From positions 32,001-96,000 of the forward strand of contig JANRJK010000013.1 in NCBI GenBank assembly GCA_033764015.1: 64,000 bases of DNA, read 5' to 3'. This document shows, piece after piece, positions 30,707 through 41,125 of the stretch (positions are counted from its first letter, which is position 1; each line of letters starts with the position of its first letter). Source of the stretch: Candidatus Sumerlaeia bacterium. Lineage in GTDB: Bacteria; Sumerlaeota; Sumerlaeia; SLMS01; JANRJK01. Below the pieces are notes generated by a model that saw only the letters and a program-made list of their open reading frames with translations, ran no database searches and was not told the origin of the DNA. A program made the position numbers and the translations under genes.

Positions 30707-31725
30707 ACGCCGGCGATCCGCGCGTCGCGCGCCTTTTCGACCGGGCGCGCGCCCGCAAGCGCCGCATCGTCCTCCCCGAGGCCGCCACGGACGAGCGCAC
30801 CTTCCGCGCCGCCGCGTTCCTCGCCAAGGAGGGCCTCGCAACGCCAGTGCTCCTCGGCCGGCGCCAGGACCTCGAGACGACCGCCGAGGTGCTTCGGGTC
30901 TCGATCGTCGGCTGCGACACGGTGTTCGAACCCGACGACAAGGAGACCGGGGCCATCGTCGCCCGCTATGGCGAGCGCCGCGCGAAGGAGGGCCTCTCCC
31001 CGGGGCAGATCCGCGCCAAGCTCCTCGGCGATCCGGTGCTCTACGGGGCCGGTCTGGTCGGCATCGGCGCCGCGGACGGCATGGTGGCCGGCGCCATCAC
31101 CGCGACCGCGGATGTGATCCGGGCGGCGATCAAGCTGGTCGGCACCGCGCCGGGCATCGGCAGCGTGTCGTCGTTCTTCCTGATGCTGCTGCCCGAGGGC
31201 TCGCCGTTCGGCCACGAGGGCGCGCTGCTCTACGCCGACTGCGGCGTGATCCCCGACCCGTCGCCGGAGCAGCTCGCCGACATCGCCATCGCCACCGCGC
31301 GCTACGGGGAGCTGCTCCTCGACGGCTTCGAGCCCCGCGTCGCGATGCTCAGCTTCTCCACCAAGGGCAGCGCGGAGCACCCCCGCATCGACAAGGTCCG
31401 CGAGGGGCTGCGCCTGCTGCGCGAGCGCGCGCCCGGACTGGCCTGCGACGGCGAGTTGCAGGGCGACGCGGCGCTGGTTCCCTCCGTCGCCGAGCGCAAG
31501 TGCCCCGGCTCGCCGGTGGGTGGGCGCGCCAACTTGCTCGTCTTCCCCGACCTCGATTCGGGCAACATCGCGTACAAGCTCACGCAGCGCCTCGCGGGAG
31601 CGGTGGCGCTTGGACCGCTGCTGGCGGGGTTGGAGAAGCCGGTCAACGACCTGAGCCGCGGCGCGACCACGGAGGACATCGTCCAGGTGGCCGTGATCAC
31701 GGCGATCGAAGCGGGCGCCGCCTGA
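30703..31725 (+). CDS. pta: Phosphate acetyltransferase (short form)
   Basis: [47 protein letters not shown]. Confidence 0.93.
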   Translation: MNAGDPRVARLFDRARARKRRIVLPEAATDERTFRAAAFLAKEGLATPVLLGRRQDLETTAEVLRVSIVGCDTVFEPDDKETGAIVARYGERRAKEGLSPGQIRAKLLGDPVLYGAGLVGIGAADGMVAGAITATADVIRAAIKLVGTAPGIGSVSSFFLMLLPEGSPFGHEGALLYADCGVIPDPSPEQLADIAIATARYGELLLDGFEPRVAMLSFSTKGSAEHPRIDKVREGLRLLRERAPGLACDGELQGDAALVPSVAERKCPGSPVGGRANLLVFPDLDSGNIAYKLTQRLAGAVALGPLLAGLEKPVNDLSRGATTEDIVQVAVITAIEAGAA

Positions 31726-31810
31726 GCGGTCGCGCTTCCGCGTTGCCACCGCTGCCGCGCCGCCGCGACATTCCCGCGCGTTGACGCACTCCCTGCCGCG
31801 AGGACTCCCC

Positions 31811-32644
31811 ATGCTCTCCCTTTACGACCAGATCCAGGAAACCGCCCAGTTCCTAAAGGCGAAGGTGGACCGCAAGCCCCGCGTGGGCGTCATCTGCGGC
31901 ACCGGCATGGGCGCCCTCGCCGAGCAGCCGGAAGGCCTCGTCAAGGTCCCCTACCAGGAGATTCCCCACTTCCCCGTCGCCACCGTCGAGTCGCACCCCG
32001 GCAACCTCTGCTTCGGCACGCTCGAAGGCGTCGAGGTCGTCGTCATGCAGGGCCGCTTCCACCGCTACGAAGGGTGGACGATGCAGCAGGTCACCTATCC
32101 GGTGCGCGTGATGAAGGCGCTCGGGGTGGACACGCTCATCGTGATGAACGCGGTCGGCAGCGTGAACCCGCTGATCCCGACGGGATCGCTGGTGCTTGTC
32201 ACGGACCACATCAACCTGATGGGCGACAACCCGCTGATCGGGCCGAACGACGAGCGGCTCGGCGTGCGCTTCCCGGACATGAGCGAGCCCTACAACCGCG
32301 CGCTGATCGCCGTCGGCGAGCGCGTCGCCCTGGAGAAGCGCATCCGCGTCCACCGCGGCGTCCTCGTCTCCGTCACCGGTCCGAACCTCGAGACCGCCGC
32401 GGAGTACCGCATGTTCCAGCGCATCGGCGCCGACATGGTCACCATGTCGACGATTCCCGAGGTGATCGTCGCCGTCCACTCCGGCGTGCGCGTGGTGGCG
32501 CTCTCGACCGTGACAGACGCCTGCCTGCCGGACGCTTTGAAGCCCGCCGACCTGCACGAGATCATCGCCGTCGCCAACAGCCGCGAAGCGGACCGGTGCG
32601 CGCTGGTGCGCGGCCTGATCGCCGAAATCGGCATGGGCGCGTAG
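31811..32644 (+). CDS. punA: Purine nucleoside phosphorylase (trimeric type)
   Basis: IPHFP, GRFHRYEG, DHIN, RFPDMS, GPNLETAAE, MSTIPE. Confidence 0.9.
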   Translation: MLSLYDQIQETAQFLKAKVDRKPRVGVICGTGMGALAEQPEGLVKVPYQEIPHFPVATVESHPGNLCFGTLEGVEVVVMQGRFHRYEGWTMQQVTYPVRVMKALGVDTLIVMNAVGSVNPLIPTGSLVLVTDHINLMGDNPLIGPNDERLGVRFPDMSEPYNRALIAVGERVALEKRIRVHRGVLVSVTGPNLETAAEYRMFQRIGADMVTMSTIPEVIVAVHSGVRVVALSTVTDACLPDALKPADLHEIIAVANSREADRCALVRGLIAEIGMGA

Positions 32645-32676
32645 CCGGCCCGGCTCCATTCCCGTCCCCGGAAACG

Positions 32677-32714
32677 AAGACAGCCCGCGGCCGGATCCGG
32701 CCGCGGGCTGTCTT
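32677..32714. terminator. Perfect 38-bp palindrome, probable bidirectional terminator
   Basis: aagacagcccgcggccgga|tccggccgcgggctgtctt between convergent genes, T-rich 3' side. Confidence 0.75.
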
Positions 32715-32752
32715 GTTCTTCCTGCCTCCGGTTGCCGGAGGCGGGGCCGCGC

Positions 32753-34195
32753 TTACTCGCCCAGTTCGATCCGCGTGATCTCCACGTCCTCGAACTGGCT
32801 CTTGATGTCCGCTTCCGGGCCGACCAGGAGCACCACGAGGTCCTCCGGGTTGGTGCGTTCGCGGGCGAGGCGCTGGATGTCCTCGGCGGTGACCGCCTCG
32901 ATGGCAGGCAGGTAGCGCTCGAGCCAGTCCGCCGGGTAGCCGTCGCGGTCGTTCAGCATCTGCCGGTTCACGATCTCGCCGGCGGAGTCGAAGCTGAAGA
33001 TGTAGCTGTTCGCGATGGCGCGCTTCGCCTGCTGCAGCTCCTCGGGCGTGACCGGTTCCGTCCGCATGCGCTCGACCTGCGTGAGCACCGCGTCGTGCAG
33101 CTCGCGCACCGTGGCGTTCCGCGTGGAGGAGCCGATGGTGTAGGAGCCGTTGTACTGGCTCATCGTGAGGGCGCCGGAGATCCCGTAGGTGAGGCCGCGC
33201 GTGGAGCGGATGTCGCCCATGAGGCGCGAGCCGAAGCCGCCGGTGCCGAAGATCTCGTTGTAGACCTGCGCGTTGAAGAAATCCGGATCGTGCATCGGCA
33301 GCCCGAGGTGCCCCATGCGGACCTGCGTCTGCGTGGTGTCCTTGGCGACCAGGTACACGCCGGGCTTCGGCGGCGCCGGGGGCTCGGGGTAGGCGAAGAC
33401 CCGCTGGCGGGCGGTGGGCAGGCTGCCGAACGCGGCCTCGAGGTCGCGCAGGAGCACTTCCCGGTCGAAGTCGCCCCACGCCGCGATCAGCGTGTCCTTC
33501 GGCCCGACGATCCGTGCGTGCAGGTCCACCACGGCGGCGCGGTCGATCGCGTTGATCGACTCGACGGAGGACTCCGCGGCGAGGAAGCTGTCCTTGCCGT
33601 AGAGCGCCTGGCGGAAGCCTCGGCGCGCGAGGCCCGCGGGGCTGTCCGCGCGGCGGCGGATGCCTTCCAGGGACTGGGACTTCGCGAGGTCGATCTTCTC
33701 CTGCGGCAGGAGCGGATTCCGCGCGAGGTCCGAGGCGATGGCGAGCACCTTCGAGGCGTCGCGCGAGAGCGAGCTGACGCTGATCGTGGTGCTTTCGCCG
33801 CCGACGCCGGTCTCGACGGAAGCCGCGAGGTACTCGAGCTCGTCGTTCAGCTTCTCCTCCGGCCAGTTGCGGCTCCCGCCGTTGCGCCAGGCGGACGACA
33901 GGACGCCGCCCACGCCGGTGACGGAGGCCGGTTCGAGGTTGTCGCCGTTCGGGAAGAGGATGCGCGCGTTGAACACGGGCAGCGAGTCGTCGGCGAGCAG
34001 GTACACCTTGATGCCGTTGGAGAGCTGCGTCACCTCGGCGGTGGGCGCGTCGAAGACGAGCGCGGGGAATTCAAGCTTTTCGGGGCGGTCGGGGATCGAG
34101 GCGCCGCCGAGGTGCGCGCAGCCGGAGAGCGTGGCCGCCGCGAGCGCGGCGCACGCCGCGCTGATCAGGAACTTCGCAGGAATACGGTTCTTCAC
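32753..34195 (-). CDS. M16B peptidase, non-catalytic subunit, lipoprotein
   Basis: LSG-C lipobox, LSNGIKV, SRL..IRSTRGLTY; no HxxEH; GTGA overlap with partner. Confidence 0.88.
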   Translation of the reverse strand: MKNRIPAKFLISAACAALAAATLSGCAHLGGASIPDRPEKLEFPALVFDAPTAEVTQLSNGIKVYLLADDSLPVFNARILFPNGDNLEPASVTGVGGVLSSAWRNGGSRNWPEEKLNDELEYLAASVETGVGGESTTISVSSLSRDASKVLAIASDLARNPLLPQEKIDLAKSQSLEGIRRRADSPAGLARRGFRQALYGKDSFLAAESSVESINAIDRAAVVDLHARIVGPKDTLIAAWGDFDREVLLRDLEAAFGSLPTARQRVFAYPEPPAPPKPGVYLVAKDTTQTQVRMGHLGLPMHDPDFFNAQVYNEIFGTGGFGSRLMGDIRSTRGLTYGISGALTMSQYNGSYTIGSSTRNATVRELHDAVLTQVERMRTEPVTPEELQQAKRAIANSYIFSFDSAGEIVNRQMLNDRDGYPADWLERYLPAIEAVTAEDIQRLARERTNPEDLVVLLVGPEADIKSQFEDVEITRIELGE

Positions 34196-35691
34196 TGGGC
34201 CGCCTCCGGGCGCTCGAGCCACGCCACCGTCCGGTTGTTGCGCGTGAGGTACTGCTTCACGACGCGCTGGATGTCCTCCGACGTGACCGCGAGGAGCCGG
34301 TCGCGCTCCTGTTCGAGCAGGCGCGCGTCGCCGAGCTGGTGGTGCGCCTGCGCCAGCGTCGTCGCGAGGCCCATGTTGCTCCCCGCCAGGCGGATGAAGC
34401 CCGCCTCGACGTTGTTGCGAGCGCGCTCCAGCTCACGCTCCGTCACGCCGTTCTCGGCGACTTCCTCGAGGATCGCGTAGATCTCCTTCTCGAGGTCGAA
34501 GACCGAGTGCGGGGCCTTGGGCGTCGCGAAGATCGCGAAGGCGTTCATGTACTTGTCGCCCGGGGTGCCGTTCGACGCGTCGACGCTGACCGCCATCTGC
34601 TTTTCGACCACGAGCGCGCGGTAGAACCGCGAGGTGCGGCCGTCGCCGAGCACCGAGCCGAGGATCGTGAAGGCGGCGTCGTCGTCGCTGGGCGAGGTCG
34701 GCTTCAGCCAGCCGATGATCATGCTCGGTTCCGCGTCGAACTCGACGGAGACGCGGGCCTCGGCGCGCGGGGCCGGCTCGCGGACCGCGAGCCGCTGCGG
34801 CGCGCCGGGAGCGTCCCAGGTGCCGAAGTACTTGTCCGCCAGCCGCTTAACCTCTTCCGGGTCGACGTTCCCGACGATCGCCACCGCGACGGAGCGCGGG
34901 CCGTAGAACTTCTTCCGGAACTCCTCCGCCATGGGGCGGGTGATCGACTCGATGTCGCTCTCCCAGCCGATGATCGGCTTCCCGTAGGGATGGGCGGCGA
35001 AGACGGTCGTGGTGAACTTCTCGTAGAGCAGGCCGAAGGGGCTGTCGTCGGTTCGCTGGCGGCGCTCCTCGCGGACCACGTCGCGCTCGCTGTAGAATTC
35101 GCGCATGATCGGTTGGCGCATCCGGTCCGCCTCGAGCCAGAACCAGAGCTCGAGCTTGTTGCTCGGGAGCGAGGCGTAGTAGTTGGTGAAGTCCGCGCTG
35201 GTGGACGCGTTGATGCCGGTCGCCCCCTCGCGCTGCATGATCGAGTCGAACTCGTCCTTCACGATGAAGGCGGCCTGCTGCTCCTGCAGCTTGCGGATGC
35301 CGGCGCGCAGCTCCTCGACCTTCGCGCGGTCGGGCTGGTTCTTGCCGAGCTCGGCGCGGGCCTCCTCGGCGAGGCGGTCCATCTCCTCCATGATCGGCAG
35401 TTCCGCGGCGAGGTTCGTCGTGCCGATGCGGTGGGTGCCCTTGAAGGCCATGTGCTCGAACATGTGGGCGACGCCGGTCTCGCCGTAGACCTCGTCGACG
35501 CCGGCGACGCTGACCGACGTGGTGGCCGCGAAGACCGGGGCGCCCTCGCGGGGGTACACGAGGAACGTCATGCCGTTGTCGAGCTTGTACTCGACCAGGC
35601 GCTCGCTGATTTCCTGCGCGGAGACGGGAAGCGCCGCCGCGAGGCAGAGCGCCGCGGCTCCGATCCGCGCCAACAGGGGTGAACTTCTCAT
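34192..35691 (-). CDS. M16B peptidase, catalytic subunit, secreted
   Basis: Signal peptide; GVAHMFEHMAFKGT, NAST, ERDVVREE, HPYG. Confidence 0.93.
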   Translation of the reverse strand: MRSSPLLARIGAAALCLAAALPVSAQEISERLVEYKLDNGMTFLVYPREGAPVFAATTSVSVAGVDEVYGETGVAHMFEHMAFKGTHRIGTTNLAAELPIMEEMDRLAEEARAELGKNQPDRAKVEELRAGIRKLQEQQAAFIVKDEFDSIMQREGATGINASTSADFTNYYASLPSNKLELWFWLEADRMRQPIMREFYSERDVVREERRQRTDDSPFGLLYEKFTTTVFAAHPYGKPIIGWESDIESITRPMAEEFRKKFYGPRSVAVAIVGNVDPEEVKRLADKYFGTWDAPGAPQRLAVREPAPRAEARVSVEFDAEPSMIIGWLKPTSPSDDDAAFTILGSVLGDGRTSRFYRALVVEKQMAVSVDASNGTPGDKYMNAFAIFATPKAPHSVFDLEKEIYAILEEVAENGVTERELERARNNVEAGFIRLAGSNMGLATTLAQAHHQLGDARLLEQERDRLLAVTSEDIQRVVKQYLTRNNRTVAWLERPEAAQ

Positions 35692-35832
35692 GGAGTGGGT
35701 GACTCCTCCGGGATGGACAGCCGGCGCCGGGGATGGTGGCGCCAACTGTTTCATTCGCGCATGCGCGCGAAACCTTCAATCCCGGGGCGCGGCGGCCTTG
35801 CGCGTCCGCCCGATCGGCGGCATACACCTTCC

Positions 35833-36585
35833 ATGGCCAGCCCCCCTCCCGCGTCCCCCCCGAAACCGCCCGCCCCGAAGGCGCCCGCACCGCCCCCGCT
35901 CGTCCTGATCCATGGCCTCGGCGTGGTCCCGCAGGTGTGGACGCTCCACGCGTGGCGCTTCCGACGCGCCGGGCGCGAGGTGCATGTGTTCGGATACAAC
36001 TCCTACGGCCCCGGCATCCCCCAGATCGCCGAGCGGATCGCCCGGCGGATGGCGGAGCTAGGCCCCGGGCCGCTCGACGTGGCGACCCACTCCATGGGCG
36101 GCATCGTCCTGCGCTGGGCATTCAACAACCACCCTATCCCGCGCCTTCGCCGCGTCGTGATGATCGGCCCGCCCAACCGCGGCGCCTCCTTCGCCGACTT
36201 CCTCGACCACCGGGTGCCGTGGCTCGCGCGCCCCGTGCTTGGCGACGCGTTCCTCCAGCTCCGCACCGGCGACCTCGGGCTGGCAGCGCGCGCCGGGACG
36301 CTTCCCGGCGTCGAGGTGGGCGTGATCGCCGGCGGGCGCGGGCAGCCCCGCGGCCTCAACCCATTCATCGACGGCGACAACGACCGCTTGGTCGGCGTGC
36401 AGGAGACGCTCCTCCCCGGCATGAAGGACTTCCTGCTCGTGCGCGCGGACCACACCTGGCAGCTCGTAAGTCCGAAGGTCTCCCGCGCGGTGCTGCACTT
36501 CCTCGACCACGGCCGTTTCCCGCACGGGGCGGAGCCCAAGCCCCGAGCCGCGCGCGCGCCCGCCGCGGAGGGGCCCGCCGCGTGA
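35833..36585 (+). CDS. Alpha/beta hydrolase (lipase/esterase-like)
   Basis: LIHGLG, THSMGG nucleophile elbow, GPPNRG, NDRLV, ADHT. Confidence 0.88.
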   Translation: MASPPPASPPKPPAPKAPAPPPLVLIHGLGVVPQVWTLHAWRFRRAGREVHVFGYNSYGPGIPQIAERIARRMAELGPGPLDVATHSMGGIVLRWAFNNHPIPRLRRVVMIGPPNRGASFADFLDHRVPWLARPVLGDAFLQLRTGDLGLAARAGTLPGVEVGVIAGGRGQPRGLNPFIDGDNDRLVGVQETLLPGMKDFLLVRADHTWQLVSPKVSRAVLHFLDHGRFPHGAEPKPRAARAPAAEGPAA

Positions 36586-37190
36586 ACCCCGCCGCGCCGC
36601 CCACGCCGCGCTGGAAGCGCCTCGCCGCGATCGTCGGCGCGTTCGCCGCCCTCAACCTCGTGCTTTGGTTCTTTCTCCACGGCGTCGGCGACGACATCGA
36701 ATGGCAGTCCGACCTCGCGCGGGCGGACGCCGCGTTCGAGGACGGACGCGCCGAGGACGCCTCGCGCCTGATCGAGGACTTCGCCCGCCGCTGGCCCGGT
36801 GCGCGCGACACTTTCGGCTACCAGGAAAAGGCGGGCCGCTACCACGAAGCCGCCGGACGCCATGCCGCGGCGGCGCAAGCGTACGACCTCGCCCTCGCCA
36901 TCCGCCCAGCGACCAAGGGGCTCGCCGCGCGCGCCGCGGAAATGCACCGCCTGGCCGGCAACGCGGACCGCGCCACCACGCTCTTCCTGTACGAGCTCTC
37001 GAAGGGCGACGCCGCCAACGACCTCGCCCTGGTCCGCATCGGGCAGGCGTTCCTCGACGACGGCGAACTGCTCGCCGCCTTCGACCAGTTCGGCAAGGTG
37101 CGCGACCGCGAGCGCTTCGCCGAAGAGCTCGCCGAGGCGAACGCGCGGCTCCGCGCCGAGTTGCCGGAACTCGCCGAGTTCGATCCCTGA
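36582..37190 (+). CDS. Membrane-anchored TPR-like protein
   Basis: GTGA overlap; N-terminal TM; TPR-like helices (AAQAYDLALAIRP). Confidence 0.65.
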   Translation: MNPAAPPTPRWKRLAAIVGAFAALNLVLWFFLHGVGDDIEWQSDLARADAAFEDGRAEDASRLIEDFARRWPGARDTFGYQEKAGRYHEAAGRHAAAAQAYDLALAIRPATKGLAARAAEMHRLAGNADRATTLFLYELSKGDAANDLALVRIGQAFLDDGELLAAFDQFGKVRDRERFAEELAEANARLRAELPELAEFDP

Positions 37191-37236
37191 CGCATCGCGG
37201 GCGGGCCCGTCGCGGGCCCGCCCGCGCGAACCAACG

Positions 37237-37740
37237 TCAGAAGTTCGGGAAGTCCGCCGTCGGGCCGTAAGCGGACGGCACCGGCACATCCAGCAGGCGC
37301 AGGTACACGCCGAGCTGCGCCCGGTGGTGGACGAGGTGGTTCAGGATGAAGCCGCGCATCACCGCGATCCGGGGCATCGACAGGTGCACGTGGTCGCCGG
37401 ACTTCATGGTCCACGTGACGAAGAAGTCATGGTCCCCAGCCTTGCCGAGGATCGACCGCGCCGCCGCCATGCCCTCTTCGAGCACCTTCAGCGCGTCGGC
37501 CTTCCCCGCGATCACCGTCGGCTTGTAGTCGCCGCTGGCGAAATCCATCACCTCCAGCGTCATCGTCTCCTTCGTCCAGCCGGGGATCTCGGCGACGTGC
37601 GCGGCGAGCTGGCGCAGCGTCATCGACTTCGCGTGCGGCTGCCAATCCAGCTTCTCGTCGGGGATCGCTTCCAGGTACTTGCGGGTCGAGACGGCCTCGT
37701 GCTCGAGCTCGCCCAGCATCGATGCGGCGATGTTGCCCAT
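37237..37740 (-). CDS. DinB family protein
   Basis: WQPHAKSMTL, HVAE, NHLVHHRAQLGVYLRLL, YGPTAD. Confidence 0.92.
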   Translation of the reverse strand: MGNIAASMLGELEHEAVSTRKYLEAIPDEKLDWQPHAKSMTLRQLAAHVAEIPGWTKETMTLEVMDFASGDYKPTVIAGKADALKVLEEGMAAARSILGKAGDHDFFVTWTMKSGDHVHLSMPRIAVMRGFILNHLVHHRAQLGVYLRLLDVPVPSAYGPTADFPNF

Positions 37741-37937
37741 GGTCGGTGCTCCAAAGTGGAGAAATGTGGTGCTGCGATGAGCGGGAGGCTTGGCGAAGAT
37801 TTGGGGAAAGCGCAAGCGGATTCGCCCGCGTTCGGACAATCCCCCGATCCCGCCGCCGCCGCGCGCCGCATCCCGCTTGTTTCGCGGGACCGCCCCGGCG
37901 CACCCTCCACCCAACCTTCCGCCCTGCGAGCCCCGCC

Positions 37938-39092
37938 ATGCCGAAGTCGCCGCATCGCCCCCGATCCGTGGCCACGGTCGCGGACATCCGCTCCGCGCTG
38001 GAGCGTATCGCCCCCAGCCGCTACGCCGAGGAGTGGGACAACGTCGGCCTGCAGGTCGGCGCGGCGCAGGACCCCGTGCTTCGCGTGATGGTGGCGCTGG
38101 AGATGAGCACCGATGTGCTCGCCGAAGCCGCCGCCACGAAGGCGCAGCTGGTGGTCACGCACCACCCGCTGCTGTTCCGCCCGCGCTCCACCTACGAGAT
38201 CGTCGATCCGGTCTCGCGCTTGATGGCGGAGCTGGTCCGACGACGCATCGCGCTGCTCGCGGCGCACACGAATCTCGACTCGGTCCGCGGCGGCACGAAC
38301 GAGGAGTTGGCCGACCGGCTCGGCCTCGCCCCGGAGCGGCGCTTCCTGCGCCCGATCGACGCGCAGGCCGACGCGCTCAAGTTCGCCGTCTTCGTCCCGG
38401 CCACGCACCTCGACGCGGTGACGGAAGCGATCGCCGCCGCGGGCGCCGGTGTCATCGGCAAGTACACGCACTGCACGTTTCGTTCGCCCGGTACCGGCAC
38501 CTACAAGCCCGGCCTCGGCGCGAACCCCTTCACGGGGGTGGCGGGACGGCTTGAGCAGGCCGCGGAGCTCCGGGTCGAGGCGCTCTGCCCGAAGCCGCTC
38601 GCCGGGGCGCTCGTGGCCGCCGTTCGCGCCGCGCACCCGTACGAGGAAATGGCGTTCGACTTCTTCGAACTGGCTCCGGACCCCGTGCCGCGCGCCGGTC
38701 TCGGGTTGGTCGGGGCATTGCCGAGGGAAGCGACGCTCGCGGCGTTCGCCAAGAAGGTGAAGCGCGCGCTCGGCATCGACTCCATCGGCGTCGTCGGCGA
38801 GCCGGACCGGGTGGTGCGGACGGTTTCGCTGTGCACCGGCTCCGGCGGCGAGTTCGTCCGCAACGGCGAGGTCGGCGGGGCCGATGTCTTCGTTACCGGC
38901 GAGATGAGCCACCACGACTGCTGGGAAGCCATGGAGCGCGGCATCGCGGTCCTGCTGGTCGGGCACTTCGCCAGCGAGGCGATCGTCTGCGAGCGGCTCC
39001 GCCGGGCGCTCGGGGCGGAACTGCATGGCGCCGGCTTCGAGGTCGAGGTGGGGGTGGCGGCGCTGCAGCCGAACCCGCTGCGGCGTCTGTAG
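37938..39092 (+). CDS. Nif3-like dinuclear metal protein with PII-like insert (YqfO type)
   Basis: WDNVGLQVG, THHPL, HTNLD, GAGVIGKY..C, AHPYEE, GHFASE. Confidence 0.93.
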   Translation: MPKSPHRPRSVATVADIRSALERIAPSRYAEEWDNVGLQVGAAQDPVLRVMVALEMSTDVLAEAAATKAQLVVTHHPLLFRPRSTYEIVDPVSRLMAELVRRRIALLAAHTNLDSVRGGTNEELADRLGLAPERRFLRPIDAQADALKFAVFVPATHLDAVTEAIAAAGAGVIGKYTHCTFRSPGTGTYKPGLGANPFTGVAGRLEQAAELRVEALCPKPLAGALVAAVRAAHPYEEMAFDFFELAPDPVPRAGLGLVGALPREATLAAFAKKVKRALGIDSIGVVGEPDRVVRTVSLCTGSGGEFVRNGEVGGADVFVTGEMSHHDCWEAMERGIAVLLVGHFASEAIVCERLRRALGAELHGAGFEVEVGVAALQPNPLRRL

Positions 39093-39150
39093 CCGGGCTG
39101 GCCCGGCGGTTGCAACCGGCCGGGGAAAACACACCCCCGAGGGGTTTCCC

Positions 39151-41007
39151 ATGACCGCCGCAGCCACACCCGAAACGCATGTCTTCCAGGCGGAAGTCCG
39201 CCAAATCCTCGACATCGTCACCCACTCGATCTACACGGACCGCGACGTCTTCGTGCGCGAGCTGGTGTCGAACGCGGCGGATGCCCTCGAGAAGTTCCGC
39301 CACGCCGCCGTGACCGCCGGCGACGACGTCGCCGATCCCGGCGCCGGGCTGGAAATCACGCTGGAAACCGACGACGCCGCGAAGCTCTTCATCATCCGCG
39401 ACACCGGCATCGGCATGACCCGCGAGGAGCTGATGGCCGGCCTGGGAACCATCGCCCACTCCGGCACGCGCTCCTTCCTGGCGCAGCTCGCCGAGGAAGC
39501 CCGCCGCGACGTCTCCGTGATCGGCAAGTTCGGCGTCGGCTTCTACAGCGCCTTCATGGTGGCGCAGAAGGTGACGGTCGAGACGCGCTCGTATCGTCCC
39601 GACGCACCCGGCTACCTGTGGGAAAGCACCGGCGACGGCTCCTTCACCATCGAGGAGCGCGGCGACCTGCCCCGCGGCACCCGCATCACGCTTCACCTCA
39701 AGGAGGACGCGGAGGAGTTCGCCCGCGCCTCCACGATCCGCGCCATCGTCAAGCGCTACTCCAGCTTCGTCCCCTTCCCGATCCACCTCGGCGGCGAGGT
39801 CGTCAACACGCAGCAGGCGCTCTGGGCCAAGGCCCCCAAAGACGTCTCCGCCGACGAGCACCGCGAGTTCTACAAGTACCTCCACGGCTCCGGCGACGAG
39901 CCGCTCCTCACGCTCCACTTCCGTAGCGACTCGCCGATCGACCTCAAGGCGCTGCTCTACGTTCCGAAGGAGAACGTCGAACGCCTCGGCTTCGGCAAGA
40001 TGTCGCCCGGAACCGACCTCTACTGCCGCAAGGTTCTCATCGAGAAGCACCCGGAAAACCTGCTCCCGGAGTGGCTTCGCTTCGTCCGCGGCGTCGTGGA
40101 CAGCGAAGACCTGCCCCTCAATCTGTCGCGCGAATCGATGCAGGATTCCGCGCTCCTGCGGCGCATCAACTCCGCCGTCACCGGGCGCTTCCTTCGCTTC
40201 CTCGCCGAGACGGCGAAGGACGAGCCCGCCCGCTACGCGGAGTTCTACGACTCCTTCGGCGTGTTCCTGAAGGAGGGGCTCGCGAACGACTTCGCCCACC
40301 GCGACCAGCTCGCGAAGCTGCTCCGGTTCCGCACCACGCGCACCGGCGCGGACGAGCGCATCGGCCTCGATGAATACGTGGCGCGCATGCCCGAAGGGCA
40401 GAAGGACATCTACTTCCTCAGCCTCCCCGAGGGCATCGCCCCGGAGACGAATCCCTACCTCGAAGCGTTCCGCGCGAAGGGCTACGAAGTGCTCCTCACC
40501 TCGGACGCCGGTGACGACTTCGTGCTGGCGAACCTCGGCCAGTACGAGGGCAAGGGCCTGCTCTCCGCCGACTCGCCGCTAGTCAAGTTCGACGACGTGG
40601 CGGGGGAGGGCGAGGCGCTGTCGGACGACGACGCGAAGGCGCTGTGCGGCTGGCTCAAGACCTCGCTCGGTGACCGTGTCGGTTCCGTCCGCTCCTCGGC
40701 GCGCCTGGTCGACAGTCCCGCCATGGTGGTCGGCGACGGCATGATGACGAATGCCATGCGCCGCGTGATGACCGCGATGGGACGCTCGGCCGGCGCGCCG
40801 CTCGGCTCCCTGACCCTCGAGATCAACCCGCGCCACGCGATCGTCCGCCAGCTCCACGCGCTCCGCGCGCAGGACGAGGCGTTCGCCAAGGCGCTCGCCG
40901 AGCAACTGCTCGACAGCACGCTGCTGGGCGCGGGCCTGCTGACCGACGTCGGCGCGATGGTGGCCCGCATGCAGGAGCTGATGCTCCGCGCGTCGAAGCG
41001 CGACTGA
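39151..41007 (+). CDS. htpG: Chaperone HtpG (Hsp90)
   Basis: FQAEV, RELVSNAADA, DTGIGM, IGKFGVGFYS, GVVDSEDLPLNLSRE, LEINPRH. Confidence 0.97.
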   Translation: MTAAATPETHVFQAEVRQILDIVTHSIYTDRDVFVRELVSNAADALEKFRHAAVTAGDDVADPGAGLEITLETDDAAKLFIIRDTGIGMTREELMAGLGTIAHSGTRSFLAQLAEEARRDVSVIGKFGVGFYSAFMVAQKVTVETRSYRPDAPGYLWESTGDGSFTIEERGDLPRGTRITLHLKEDAEEFARASTIRAIVKRYSSFVPFPIHLGGEVVNTQQALWAKAPKDVSADEHREFYKYLHGSGDEPLLTLHFRSDSPIDLKALLYVPKENVERLGFGKMSPGTDLYCRKVLIEKHPENLLPEWLRFVRGVVDSEDLPLNLSRESMQDSALLRRINSAVTGRFLRFLAETAKDEPARYAEFYDSFGVFLKEGLANDFAHRDQLAKLLRFRTTRTGADERIGLDEYVARMPEGQKDIYFLSLPEGIAPETNPYLEAFRAKGYEVLLTSDAGDDFVLANLGQYEGKGLLSADSPLVKFDDVAGEGEALSDDDAKALCGWLKTSLGDRVGSVRSSARLVDSPAMVVGDGMMTNAMRRVMTAMGRSAGAPLGSLTLEINPRHAIVRQLHALRAQDEAFAKALAEQLLDSTLLGAGLLTDVGAMVARMQELMLRASKRD

Positions 41008-41038
41008 CCAGCCGCACTTTCCGCCCCGCGACGAACGG

Positions 41039-41066
41039 ACGCCGGGGGCCCCTCGGCCCCCGGCGT
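41039..41066 (+). terminator. Intrinsic terminator-like hairpin after htpG
   Basis: acgccgggggcc-cctc-ggcccccggcgt followed by ttc. Confidence 0.6.
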
Positions 41067-41125
41067 TTCGCATTCCACCCCGATGGCGGTTGCTCGCCCG
41101 CGCGTCGCGCCGCTATCTCCCCTGC

